Below, in pieces: positions 26,173 through 37,944 of a stretch of 64,000 nt of DNA. Source of the DNA: Eledone cirrhosa. Lineage: Eukaryota. Each line of letters opens with the position of its first letter. Position 1 is the stretch's first letter. The notes beneath the pieces were generated by a model that saw only the letters and a list, made by a program, of their open reading frames with translations, was not told the origin of the DNA and did no database searches. The DNA lies in the NCBI GenBank assembly GCA_964016885.1, contig OZ024763.1:17980001-18044000 (forward strand), in the 5' to 3' direction. The position numbers and the translations under genes are program-made.

Positions 26173-26296
26173 TCCAGACAGCCGTTTCGTTATAAGATTT
26201 CTACAATTTGGGATAAATAGATTCCAGGTTATGTAGAAACTTGTATATAATCCATAGTTTTATACACAAGCGGGCTCTTATAAACTCATCAGTGGA
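26173..26296 (-). ncRNA. Type I hammerhead ribozyme motif with branched stem II and GUC site
   Basis: Minus strand: TCCA-CTGATGA-GTTTATAAGA...TCTTATAAC-GAAA-CGGCTG-TC^TGGA. Confidence 0.78.
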
Positions 26297-27347
26297 TGCC
26301 CAGTCAATAACGATATAAGAATTATATTGACATTAACAGAAAAGTGACTATATATATATATATAGTCTATCAAAGTTCTTTTGTTGCACATCTGCAACAT
26401 CATCAGTAGTACTATGTCAATGATAAACATTGATTGCCAAATAAATTAACTATAGAGATATAAAAGATGCAGAAGCGAAAAAACCAACCAAACAGTGAGT
26501 GTGTTCTGTTATTATTTCTGGAAATATTATTACAATACGACCCTCCCCAAATATAACAATATTTGTTTCGACACACAATTTCATATCAAAAACCTTGCAA
26601 AACAAATTCATCGCCATTATATATATATATGTTGTTAATTTAACAATGAAAACAACAACAAAGTCGTTATTTTACCTATTCATATCATTGTTTTACAATC
26701 GTTTCAGAGGGTTGATCATATTGACTGATCTATAACAGAGGGTTGATCATATTGACTGATCTATAACAGAGGGTTGATCATATTGACTGATCTATAACAG
26801 AGGGTTGATCATATTGACTGATCTATAACAGCTATATAACTGTATACTATCAGACATCCGTATATAAACGGTTTGATCGAACATATATATAAAGTCTGAT
26901 AGTATAGTTATATAACTGTTATAGATCAGTCAATATGTCAGTATGATGAACCCTCTATATGAATAGGTAAAATAACTTTGTTGTTTTTAATGGTTAAGGT
27001 AGTGATAATGACAGTGGTGGTGGTGGTGGTGGTAGTCATGAAGATTATGGTGGTGATGGTGATAATATGATGAAAGAAAGAACTATGTTCATTAACCCTT
27101 TAGCATTTACATACTCTATATTTACTATTATATTTTATATACATACTCTATATTTACTATTATATATTACCTCACATATCAAATCTATGAGATTTTAAAA
27201 TTATTTATTTTGAGAACAATACCTTAACATCAGTATGAGTGGCTGGTTACAACCAATTTGATCAGAAAGAGGTGAGAGAATTATGGCCAGATTAAATGGT
27301 AAAGGGTTAAGTAAAAAAAAAAAAAATCAACAAAATGTCTCCTTTAC

Positions 27348-27423
27348 CTTCAGTTTAGCTTCACCTGAGGCTCCACTGACACGTAGTCCCATATTATACA
27401 TATCTTTTGGTGACAGATCTTGA
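27348..27423 (-). CDS. SKA2: SKA2 coding exon 8
   Basis: cctgttcag acceptor, AAG|gtaaag donor, phase 2-0. QDLSPKDMYNMGLRVSGASGEAKLK. Confidence 0.8.
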
Positions 27424-27939
27424 CTGAACAGGCAGCGTAACGAGGATGGTCGACAGCAGTAGTGGTAGTAGTAGTAGTAGTAGTTATAGGTGTGGGATAC
27501 AGAAAAAAGATACAAAAATTAGCAATTAACCTTTTCATTGCAGTATTTCTAATTAAATATTTGGTATTTTAATTAATTACTAAAGAATTTAGTGCCATCA
27601 TCATCATTATTTAATGACATTAAATAATGATGATTACAAGCTGTGTGTCATATGTTGAGGTAAGAAAGAAGACCAAGAAAGACACAATTTAGTACATATT
27701 TAATCATTTCATTGCCTTATTTCTAATTAAATACTTTATATTTTAATTAATTAGAGAAGAATTTAGTGTCACCATGATCATCACTATTTAATGTCTATTT
27801 TCCACACTTGCATGGGTTAGACAGGTTGTCACATTATAAGACAAGTCAGCTCAGGTGACCGAGTCTTGCTCCTACAGAACTGTATTTCCTAAAAGTAAGC
27901 ACAGCAGCCACTGGAAGCTAAGTATTTTATAAGCTATTT

Positions 27940-28770
27940 ATACAGTGGACTGGGTGTTTCTTGTGTCACCACCATGACCACATTACAAAGTAGATGGTGC
28001 TGTTTGTCATGACACCAACATAACCACCTTGCAGAGTGGACTGAGTGCTTCTTGTCGTGTCACCAGCACTACCACCTTGCCGAGTGGACTGGGTGCTTCT
28101 TGTCGTGTCACCAGCACGACCACCTTACAGGGTGCTGTTTGTTACGTCACCAGCACTACTCCCTTACAGGGTAGACTGGGTGCTTTTTCTCATGTCACCA
28201 GCACTACCACTTTACAGGGTGGACTGGGTGCTTTTTCTCATGTCACCAGCACTACCACCTTACAGAGTGGACTGGGTGCTTTTTCTCAAGTCACCAGCAC
28301 TACCACCTTACAGGGTGGACTGGGTGCTTTTTCTCAAGTCACCAGCACTACCACCTTACAGGGTGGACTGGGTGCTTTTTCTCAAGTCACCAGCACTACC
28401 ACCTTACAGGGTGGACTGGGTGCTTTTTATCATGTCACCAGCACGACCACCTTACAGGGTGGACTGAGTGCTTCTTGTCATGTCACCAGCACAACCACTT
28501 TACAGAGTGGACTGGGTGTTGTTTGTCATGAATTCAACACAAACACTTTACTGGGGGGACTGGGTGCTGCTTGGGTGTCTCCAGCATGACCACCTTACAG
28601 GGTGGACTGAGTGCTTCTTGTCGTGTCACCAGCACGATCACCTTACAGGGTGGACTGAGTGCTTCTTGTCGTGTCACCAGCACGATCACCTTACAGGGTG
28701 GACTGGGTAGTATTTTCTGTGACTCCAACAGGATTACCTGATACTTTCAGGGTAGACTGAGTGCTTTTTA
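27940..28770 (+). repeat. Array of the 48-bp family (~17 units)
   Basis: cagggtggactgggtgctttttctcaagtcaccagcactaccacctta repeats. Confidence 0.9.
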
Positions 28771-28792
28771 AATATAAGTAAATATAACTCAC

Positions 28793-28836
28793 GTGTTTTT
28801 CTCAACTTTGAAATGTTGCCAAAGTCCATGATAACA
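28793..28836 (-). CDS. SKA2: SKA2 coding exon 7
   Basis: attttctccag acceptor, AC|gtgagt donor, phase 0-2. CYHGLWQHFKVEKN. Confidence 0.78.
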
Positions 28837-29855
28837 CTGGAGAAAATATGAAAAAGAAGAATTATAGAATTATAATTGAATATCAAGAAGTCATTACAAT
28901 GAATGTTACCTCCTTATGTGCATATATGCAGCTGACCTTACCCAATTGCACCTCTCAAAGGTCGGCTGCATATATACACATAAGGAGGGCATATTGTCTA
29001 TATGCTTCAGCTTCAGCTTGTTCCTGTGGGAGGTCAGGTCTTCTGTATTACTGCGTGACTCCAGAGGACACGGCCGTGACCTCTGCAATCATGCAGTAAT
29101 ACAGAAGACCTGACCTCCCACAGGAACAAGCTGAAGCATATAGACAATATGCCCCTGGACACGTTTTAAACCTAGCAGAGCCTATCCCTTCTCCAGCTCT
29201 GAACATAGGCAATTTCTTCCAGAGAAGGATGTGTAAATGTGGTTGGTGTTAGGAAGGGCATCCAGCCGTAGAAAACCTGCCAGATAGTCCTATACGAGTG
29301 AGACACGGACACCCGACCAATCTTGCCTCAAGTGGGACAGTACCCGTTAAACGATGATGATGATGATATGTATATATATATACATACACATATAGTTCTC
29401 TAGGAATGTAACCCCCGCAAAGAGTGAAAAAACATGAATATTGGATGTGGTCCATAAAACTGGGTGATGTGTTGTAGAGATGCTGTGCTGAATAGGACCC
29501 ATCCCACCCTTGCAAGCAGGGAAAAGCGGACATAAAATGATGATGATATAGGTCTTGTTAGTAATAATTAATACAAAGACCAAAATCCAGAGAGGATTAT
29601 TGCTTCTCACAGGACCTGCTGGAGCGACTGTGCTCCTGCGACCCTCTCAGGAAGAGGAGAAGAAGCTGCTGAAATTACCACAGCAAAAGATAACAGGCCA
29701 ATTCTTGACCACCACTCAACAATAGGTCAAAGGTCCCATTCAAGACTAACTGCCACAAATTACCACAGCAAAAGGCCCACCATCAAAGACACACACAGTG
29801 TCATCTATGCCAGCATCTGTAAAGAATTTGGTTGTAAAGAAATAATCAAACTCAC

Positions 29856-29989
29856 AGTGTTAACATCTCCCAGTTTGACATGTATTCGAACTAATGTTGA
29901 AACTTTCTCAAATTCTTCAGAAGTCAAAGGGATAAATTCATCAGTATTCTTTCTCTTGGAAGCTGGCGACTGATTAATTTCTTCAACAC
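29856..29989 (-). CDS. SKA2: SKA2 coding exon 6
   Basis: tacttacag acceptor, ACT|gtgagt donor, phase 1-0. GVEEINQSPASKRKNTDEFIPLTSEEFEKVSTLVRIHVKLGDVNT. Confidence 0.82.
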
Positions 29990-30879
29990 CTGTAAGTATT
30001 TAAATTAAGTACTCGTTAGGTAAACATGGATGAAAAGTAATTTGTGACACAAAGATGAAATTTAACCCTTTTTTACAAAAATGTTATAATATAATTAACT
30101 TTCTCATTAAGTTGGTGTTTGGAACATAACTTAACAGAAGGTTCTGACATAAAATTATGATGGAAGGTTGTTTAGATGAATATAAATACTGTAATCCTAT
30201 AACCCTTTAGCATTTAAACCGGCCATATCCGACCAGAACTCTCGCACCTCTTTCTTTTCAAACCAGCTGTAACCGGCCGCTCATACTGATGTTACGGTAT
30301 TGTTCTCAAAATAAATAACATCAAAATCTCATAGATTTGATATTATGTGAGATAATTATGTAAGATAAAGCCTTTACCACAAAAATACAATAGTAAATAT
30401 AGAGTAATGTAAATGCTAAAGGGTTAAATATCATCATAGCAAGGGCTGGACGGGTCTACATTGGACCAAGAGAGTACTGAAGCGGGGCTACTGACCTTCC
30501 AGACAGGCCGAGGGGTCTGTATAAGGTAAAGTCTATCCCAAGCCCTGATATTCATCAGGCCAGTGTTATCCCGATTTCTGAGAGTACAAGACTTCCATCC
30601 ATCTTCCACACCACCATGGATAGGATGCCAGTCCATTGTAATGTTAACTTCCTAGTTATGGCTAATACTCATTTACAGTCGAGTGGACTTCAGTCTCATG
30701 ATTTCATTGGCATTAAGCAACTAAGAGCACAAAACTTCCCTCCACCTTCCACACCACCTCTCCATGGGGATAGGATGCTAGTCCACTCCATGGTTAACTC
30801 CCCTCATTTTCAACAGAGGAGACTTGTCTTATGATTTCATTGGTGTTAAGCGCCCGAGGGCAGAAGACTTTCTTACACC

Positions 30880-31060
30880 TTCCACTGCACACTACCTCAC
30901 ATCACCATGGATAAGATGCCAGTCCACTGCACACTACCTCACTTCACCATGGATAAGACGCCAGTCCACTGCACACTACCTCACTTCACCATGGATAAGA
31001 CGCTAGTTCACTGCACACTACCTCACTTCACCATGGATAAGACGATAGTCCACTGCAGGG
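30880..31060. repeat. 42-bp tandem repeat (4 units)
   Basis: ccagtccactgcacactacctcacttcaccatggataagacg. Confidence 0.85.
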
Positions 31061-31148
31061 TTAACTCCCTAGCTCTACAACTAATACTCATTTTTAGCAG
31101 AGTGTACTTCAGTCTCATGATATCAACAATAAAACAGTAAAGACAAAC

Positions 31149-31356
31149 CTGAAAAGAATTCTTGCATATCTATTTCAGTGGTAAGTTTTGTGGCAGGTTT
31201 CTTTGTGGTTTTTTCGGGTTTGACTTCAGGTTCAGAGATTTGTGGAGTTTCTTTGATGGTTTGGACAGGGTTTGGTTCAGGTTCGTTGACAGTGGGAGAA
31301 ACTGGTACTCCAAGAAGCTGTTCCAATGCCTGGACTTCAACTGATGTCTCTCTCTT
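31149..31356 (-). CDS. SKA2: SKA2 coding exon 5 (Pro/Glu/Lys/Thr-rich linker)
   Basis: aattttcag acceptor, G|gtttgt donor. 208 nt open frame KRETSVEVQALEQLLG...QEFFS, phase 0-1 consistent with neighbours. Confidence 0.8.
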
Positions 31357-31416
31357 CTGAAAATTAAGCAGAATATAAAGACAAATTGGTTCAAATTCAC
31401 AAGCACTTACATGTAA

Positions 31417-31449
<33 letters not shown>

Positions 31450-32164
31450 GGCCATAGCTGAAGCATATATATATAGCATGCTCCATCCTACCCCACCCCA
31501 CCCAGTCCCATACCTATCTCATGAGGATAAGCTGAAGTATACATCCAGCGAAGCCTCCAGCCCACACTGTAAAGTGGTCGTGAAGGTGTCACAACAAAAA
31601 GCACCCAGTCCACACTGTAAAGTGGTCGTGAAGGTGTCACAACAAAAAGCACCCAGTCCACACTGTAAAGTGGTCGTGAAGGTGTCACAACAAAAAGAAC
31701 CCAGTCCACACTGTAAAGTGGTCATGTAAGTATCACAACAAAAATCACCCATCACACACTGTAAATGTGGTTAGCGTTAGGAAGGGCACCCAGCCGTAGA
31801 ATCCAAGCCAAAAATCAACCCTGCATGAGCAAATCACGGTCTTCTGACCTAATACTCACAAAGGAACAACCCATCCTACCCACGCTAGCGTGGAACAATG
31901 ATGTTAAACAATGACGGTGATGATGATGATGATGATATATATATATAATTAGGAGACGAACCCAGTCGAATAGACCAGACATAGCTTTCACCATTTCCTC
32001 ACTCAATGGAAAACTAAGTTTATATTATTAAAATTCGAACCCCTCTGGCCAGAGTTGACACTTTCGTTAAACAGCGAGGGGAAACGGCTTCGTGTGGGTA
32101 AAATGATACTGTTTCGTGAAGTTTATTCTGGAGTTTCACCTATTTATCACAGGGTCTTCTGATA

Positions 32165-32400
32165 ATAGAAGTAAGGATGGTTTCAATTGGTTTGGTTTTG
32201 TAACATAGAAATAAGGACGGTTTGGTTTCAATTGGTTTGGTTTTGTAACATCATAGAAGGGTGGTTCGGTTTCAAATGGTTTGGTTTTGTAACACAGAAG
32301 TAAGGATGGTTTGGGGTGGTTTGGTTTTGTAACACAGAAGTAAGGATGGTTTGGGGTGGTTTGGTTTTGTAACATAGAAGTAAGAATGGTTTGGTTTTAA
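32165..32400. repeat. ~40-bp tandem repeat (about 6 units)
   Basis: agaagtaaggatggtttggggtggtttggttttgtaacac. Confidence 0.8.
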
Positions 32401-32446
32401 AAGGGTTTAAAAAGATAAGATAAGATAAAAAAGATAAAATACTTAC

Positions 32447-32527
32447 TGGATGGTCTATCTTGGAGTCCATTTGTTGTGTGAGCTGCATTAAAACTGACAA
32501 TTGTTCACGAAAGTAGTCAGTAATTTC
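32447..32527 (-). CDS. SKA2: SKA2 coding exon 4
   Basis: ttattgcag acceptor, CCA|gtaagt donor, phase 0-0. EITDYFREQLSVLMQLTQQMDSKIDHP (coiled-coil-like). Confidence 0.83.
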
Positions 32528-32584
32528 CTGCAATAAACAGATTAGGTTGGTGGAGTTATAACAAATATTATTTTAATTACATCA

Positions 32585-33290
32585 AAATACCCAGTCCACT
32601 CTGTAAAGTGGTAGTACTGAAGCCATGACTAAATACACCCAGTCCACTCTGTAAAGTGGTAGCACTGGAGCCATGACTAAATACACCCAGTCCACTCTGT
32701 AAAGTGGTAGTACTGGAGCCATGACTAAATACACCCAGTCAACCCTGTAAAGTGGTGTGTTGGTGCCATGACAAAAAGCATCCAGTCAACCCTGTAAAGT
32801 GGTGTGTTGGTGCCATGACAAAAAGCATCCAGTCAACCCTGTAAGGTGGTAGTGTTGGTGCCGTGACAAAAAGCATCCAGTCAACCCTGTAAGGTGGTAG
32901 TGTTGGTGCCATGAGAAAAAACTCAGTCCGCCCTAAAAGGTGGTCATACTGGTGCTATGAAAAAAAGCACCTAGACTATCCTGTAAAGTAGTCATGCTAG
33001 TGCCATGACAAAATACTCCCAGTCCACTCTGTAAAGTTGGTAGTGCTGGTGCCACAACTAAATACACCCAGTCCACTCTGTAAAGTTGTAGTGCTGGTGC
33101 CACAACTAAATACACCCAGTCCACTCTGTAAAGTTGTAGTGCTGGTGCCACAACTAAATACACCCAGTCCACTCTGTAAAGTTGTAGTGCTGGTGCCACA
33201 ACTAAATACACCCAGTCCACTCTGCAAAGTGGTAACACTGGTGACACAAAATGCACCCTGTAATGTGTTAGTGCTGGTGTCAACACTAGG
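32585..33290 (-). repeat. Array of the 48-bp family (~15 units)
   Basis: acacccagtccactctgtaaagttgtagtgctggtgccacaactaaat repeats. Confidence 0.9.
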
Positions 33291-33410
33291 GAGGCTGTCC
33301 TTGACACAACTGAAGAGTCCTCCCAACCCATTGCTGGGCAAACTTTCTACAGCTGGATGCCCTTCCTATAACCAACCACTTTACAGAGTGTACTGGGTGC
33401 TTTTATTGTG

Positions 33411-33743
33411 TTCGAGGGTTAGCTAAAAAAGTTCCTAGGCTGACTATGAAGGAGTGATGCTAGAGCTGTGAAATCTTGCATGCATCTTATTAATAACTGC
33501 TTTGTTTCTTTCCCAGGGACTATGTTGAAAAATAAACCTCATCTGGTCATTCCATGAGTGTATCTTGGTTAGCTTATGAAGGAGTGATGCTAGAGCTGTG
33601 AAAGTTTACATGCATTAATTTCAGCTCTTCTTATTAATAACTGCATTGTTTCTTTCCAGGGACTATGTTGAAAAATAAACCTCATTTGGTCATTTTATGA
33701 GAGTATCTTGGTTAGCTGATGAACTTTTCAGCTGACCCTCATA
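33411..33743. mobile_element. mariner-derived MITE with right end tandemly repeated to ~33860
   Basis: TIR-like cgagggttagctaaaaaagttc / gaacttttcagctgaccctcata. Confidence 0.6.
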
Positions 33744-33976
33744 GATCACTAACACTAGGAAAGTCTGATGAACTTTTCAGCTGACCCTCATAGATCACTA
33801 ACACTAGGAAGGTCTGATGAACTTTTCAGCTGACCCTCATAGATCACTAACACTAGGAAGGCTGTCCCAACACTTTGTTTGGCAAACTTTCTACAGCTGG
33901 ATGCCCTTCCTATCACCAACCACTTTACAGAGTGTAGTGGGTGTATTAACTTGAATATTAAGAAAAGAAAACCAAC

Positions 33977-34078
33977 CTTTTGAGCATCTTGTAATTTCTT
34001 GGTTTCTTCCACAACTTCAAGAAATTCCTGTTTAATGGCTGCCACTCTCTTCATTAATCTGACTGGATTTTCTTCCTT
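33977..34078 (-). CDS. SKA2: SKA2 coding exon 3
   Basis: ttttaattacag acceptor, AAG|gttggt donor. KEENPVRLMKRVAAIKQEF vs human EKNPVTLLKELSVIKSRY. Confidence 0.88.
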
Positions 34079-34879
34079 CTGTAATTAAAAAAAGATGTCT
34101 AAAGTCTGGAGGTACATCTAGCCAGTGTGTATCTTGGTTTCTGTGGCGTTAAACGACTGAGAGTACAAGACTCTTTCCTGGGAGGAACACCAGTCCATTA
34201 TAAGGTTGATGTCTATTCTTCTTCTTGTCGTGTCCACAAGAGTGTCAGTTACAAAGTTTGGCTAGATGTGGTTCCACCACAGCTCAACACATTTCTGTCC
34301 TTTCTCATTAAACTCTGCCAAGTTCAATGCTGTGTAGGGGCGATCCAGCAGGGGGAATATCAGGAGAGAAACTGTGTATAAGAGGGATAAGCTGTAGTGT
34401 GCGGGAGAGAAGACGGCATTGGTATGGACAGTGTTAAACAACTGAGAGTACAAGACTCCTCTCTGGACAGGATGGCAGTCCATTGCAGGGTAAAAGTCTG
34501 TCTCTAACCTGGAAGCTCACCAGGTTAGTGTTTATCTTAGTTTCTGTGGCATGAAGTGACTGAGAGTACAAGACATCTCCCCTGGACAGGACACCAGTCC
34601 ATCGCAGGGTTAAACCCCCAGCTATTGCTGGTACTCATTTTCAGCTGAGTATACTGGAGCAACGAGAAATGAAGTATTTTGCTCAAGAACACAACACAAC
34701 ATACAACCCAGTCCAGGACTCGAACCCACGACATTATGACTGTAAGTTCAACACCCTTACCTCACAGCTAGATTTAAACTCTGAAGGAAGAGAGCCAGAA
34801 CAAATACCATAATAACATTTTATCCAATGTTCTAGGAATTCTACCAATCCACCATCTTAAAGTGATTAATAACAACAAT

Positions 34880-35255
34880 AATAATTGTTTCTACTTTTGG
34901 CACAAGGCCAGCAATTATCCCAGTACATTACTGGTACTTTATTTTATCGACCCCGTGAGGATGAAAGGCAAAGTTTACATCGGCGAGATTTGAACTCAGA
35001 ATGACAAGGGCCGTAACTCTATGATGCAAAGCGTCCGACTCTCTACCGATACTGTCAATCCACCGCCTAATAATTGTTTCTACTTTAGGCACAAGGCCAG
35101 CAATTACCCAGTGCATTACTGGTACTTTATTTTATCACCCCCGTAAGGATGAAAGGCAAAGTTAACCTCGGTGGGATTTGAACTCAGACTGTAAAGGGAC
35201 GTAACTATGCTGGAAAGCATGTCCGACCCTCTACCGATACTGCCAATTCAGCGCC
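34880..35255 (-). mobile_element. Two tandem Meta-domain-like SINEs
   Basis: Two ~185-bp copies head to tail. Confidence 0.8.
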
Positions 35256-35373
35256 AATAATAATAATAGTTTCATTTATTGGCCACAAGGGCCGACATAT
35301 AGGGGACAATACAATAGACGGTAACAGTGGTGGGTTTTACACAAAAATTTAACAAGAGAAAATCTATAGTTAC

Positions 35374-35448
35374 AGAAAATCCATCTTGCAGAAATTCAAA
35401 TTCCAATTTTCTATCGATATGGTTGAGGTCAGATTCACTCTTCTGGAA
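35374..35448 (-). CDS. SKA2: SKA2 coding exon 2
   Basis: ttctatttttag acceptor, TCT|gtaact donor. FQKSESDLNHIDRKLEFEFLQDGFS vs human FQKAESDLDYIQYRLEYEI. Confidence 0.88.
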
Positions 35449-35544
35449 CTAAAAATAGAAATAAAATCAATTAAAACACAAAACAAATTAAAATTAATTT
35501 GGCTATTTTTGATTAATTAATAATAATATATATATATATATATA

Positions 35545-35862
35545 GAGGCACATGGCTTAGTGGTTAGAGCATTGGCCTTGCAATCGAAAGGTTGTGAGTT
35601 CAATTCTCAGACCGGGTGATGTGTTGTTTCCTTGAGCAAGACACTTTATTTCACATTGCTCCAGATTACTCAGCTGTAGAAATGAGATGATAGGGACTGG
35701 GGTCCATATCATTCCACTGCAAAGTGGTCGTGGAGGTGCCACGGCAAACAAGCACCCAGCACTCACTGTAAATGAGGTTGGTGTTAGGAAGGGCATCCAG
35801 CTGTAGAAATCAGTTCCCGTCCCACCCTTGCAAGCAGGGAAAAAGCGGACGTAAAATGAAAC
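35545..35862 (+). mobile_element. tRNA-CORE-RTE bipartite SINE
   Basis: Same family, head inserted in (TA)n. Confidence 0.9.
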
Positions 35863-36135
35863 GAACGAAACGATATATATGGATGATGATCGATAGGTGA
35901 AGAGGGACAAGGAAATGCGAGTGAAAGGAATCTGGAGTAGAGAAAGACCAAGGAAGAGCTGGGCAGAGGTTGTGAGAGCTGACCTTAAATCACAGACTCA
36001 CAGAAGAGATGATGAAGGAATGCAATGAGTAGAGAGATGCCACTCCGAGGACTCATCCAACCCATACAAGCGTGGAAAAACAGACGTAAAAACGATGATA
36101 ATGATGATATATATATATATTTATATACATATAAT

Positions 36136-36460
36136 GGAGGCACATGGTTTAGTGGTTAGAGCATTGGCCTTGCAATCGAAAGGTTGTGAGTTCAATTCTC
36201 AGACCGAGTGATGTGTTGTTTCCTTGAGCAAGACACTTTATTTCACATTGCTCCAGTTTACTCAGCTGTGGAAATGAGATGATAGGGACTGGGGTCCATA
36301 TCATTCCCCTGCAAAGTGGTCGTGGAGGTGCCACGGCAAAAAAGCACCCAGCACTCACTGTAAATGAGGTTGGTGTGAGGAAGGGCATCCAGCTGTAGAA
36401 ATCAAGCCAGAATCAGTTCCCGTCCCACCCTTGCAAGCAGGGAAAAGCGGACGTAAAATG
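36136..36460 (+). mobile_element. tRNA-CORE-RTE bipartite SINE
   Basis: Full copy whose last ~42 nt match RTE 50552..50592. Confidence 0.92.
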
Positions 36461-36569
36461 AAAAAAAAAAAAAACAAATTTAATTAGATTGGTAACTTCC
36501 CCTGTATTTTTATACTACAGAAAATATTAATGACAGGGTGTATAAGGCCCTAGAACGGAAAAAAATATG

Positions 36570-36900
36570 GGCGTCAGCATGCATGGGTATCCAAGCCTTC
36601 ATCATCACCGCTATGTGCCATGTCTCCCAGAGACCAGTGTCTGTCCTTAGGGCATCAACATATGTCAACCTCGGTCTCCCTCTTCCAGTGTGTCCGTGTA
36701 GGGGTTCCCACCGACATTCAAAGTTGAATGCAGTGTCAACTCTGAATGTCGGTGAACATGTCCAGCTAACCTCAGTCTCCTCTGTGTCATTTTTGAGCTG
36801 AATATTCGGGGGCTCCCATACAACTCTGAGTTCTTCACCCTCAGTGTACACTGATTAATGTTCAGAGCCATCCTCAGTATCCTCGTGTAGCACCCATCCA
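36570..36900 (-). mobile_element. Degenerate RTE-group LINE fragment of a different family
   Basis: DGCYTRILRMALNI..NSELYG..RRLRLAGH..(frameshift) HGHTGRGRPRLTYVDAL. Confidence 0.78.
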
Positions 36901-37228
36901 TGTGAGTGATACATACATATATGTATATATGCTTGTGTGTATATATATATATATATATCATCATCATCATCATCCTCGTTTAACATCCACTTTCCATGCT
37001 AGAATGGGTTAGACGGGAGTTGTCCCACTTGAGGCAAGGTTGGTCGGGTGACCGTGTCTCGCTCATATAGGACTGTCTGGCAGGTTTTCTACGGCTGGAT
37101 GCCCTTCCTAACACCAACCACATTTACAGTGTGGAACTGGGAACTTTTTATCGTGTTACCTACACGACCACATTACAGCGTGGACTGTGTGTCTTTTTTT
37201 CTCGTGACACCTACACGATCTCGATCTC

Positions 37229-37269
<41 letters not shown>

Positions 37270-37272
<3 letters not shown>

Positions 37273-37465
37273 GTCCCAGAGGGAAGACGCAGTAGAGGTA
37301 GACCACGAAAAACATGGGCGGAGGTGGTGAGAGCAGACCTCAGATCGCTGAAACTCACCGAGGAGATGACGAAGGACCGTGACAAGTGGAGAGATGCTGT
37401 TCTGAATAGGACCCGTCCCACCCTTGCAAGCAGGGAAAAGCGGACGTAAAATGATGATGATGAAG
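37270..37465 (+). mobile_element. 5'-truncated copy of the RTE 3' end
   Basis: EGRRSRGRPRKTWAEVVRADLRSLKLTEEMTKDRDKWRDAVLNRTRPTLASREKRT, almost identical to the ORF end. Confidence 0.93.
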
Positions 37466-37838
37466 ATGTTTGTAGGAAAAGAGTCAGTACCCTGCCGGCT
37501 GAGCTCCAGCCATTTTGACAGCTAGATCCGACTCGGGGTCCTGACTCTTTTCCTATTACTCCCTCTACTACCCTAAGTATTGAGTACTCTTGTGCGTTAT
37601 GGCCCACCTGGTATCTTACCACACCCTCTTTGTTATACATGTTTGTATATATATATATATATATATATAAATATATATGTGTGTACGTATTACTTAAAAT
37701 ACATGAGAACTAAGCATACAATTTCGTTGATATTCCAGGTAACCATATATTTTAAGTAATAAAAAACACCCCTATGTTTAAATATTGAGGGCTGATTCTT
37801 TCATGATTACAATTGACCCTCAGCTAACGATATATATG

Positions 37839-37944
37839 TACAGGGTGTCCCCAAAAAGTGTATACACACTTCAACAGCATTCTAATAATTATCGAATGTA
37901 CATGTAATCAAAGTGTGTATATATTTTTGTGGTACATCGTGTAT
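37839..37944. mobile_element. Tc1/mariner MITE (TA-flanked, CAGGGTGTCCCCAAAA TIR); copies at 45981..46083 and 46616..46720
   Basis: ta|cagggtgtccccaaaaagtgtatacacactt...aagtgtgtatatatttttgtggtacatcgtg|ta. Confidence 0.7.

Noticed and set aside
26365-26412. Minus-strand CTGATGA followed by a TGTTGCA/TGCAACA hairpin
   Set aside because: No GAAA or valid NUH site follows.
33715-33790. CTGATGA motifs
   Set aside because: Part of a mariner-like TIR. No hammerhead stems.
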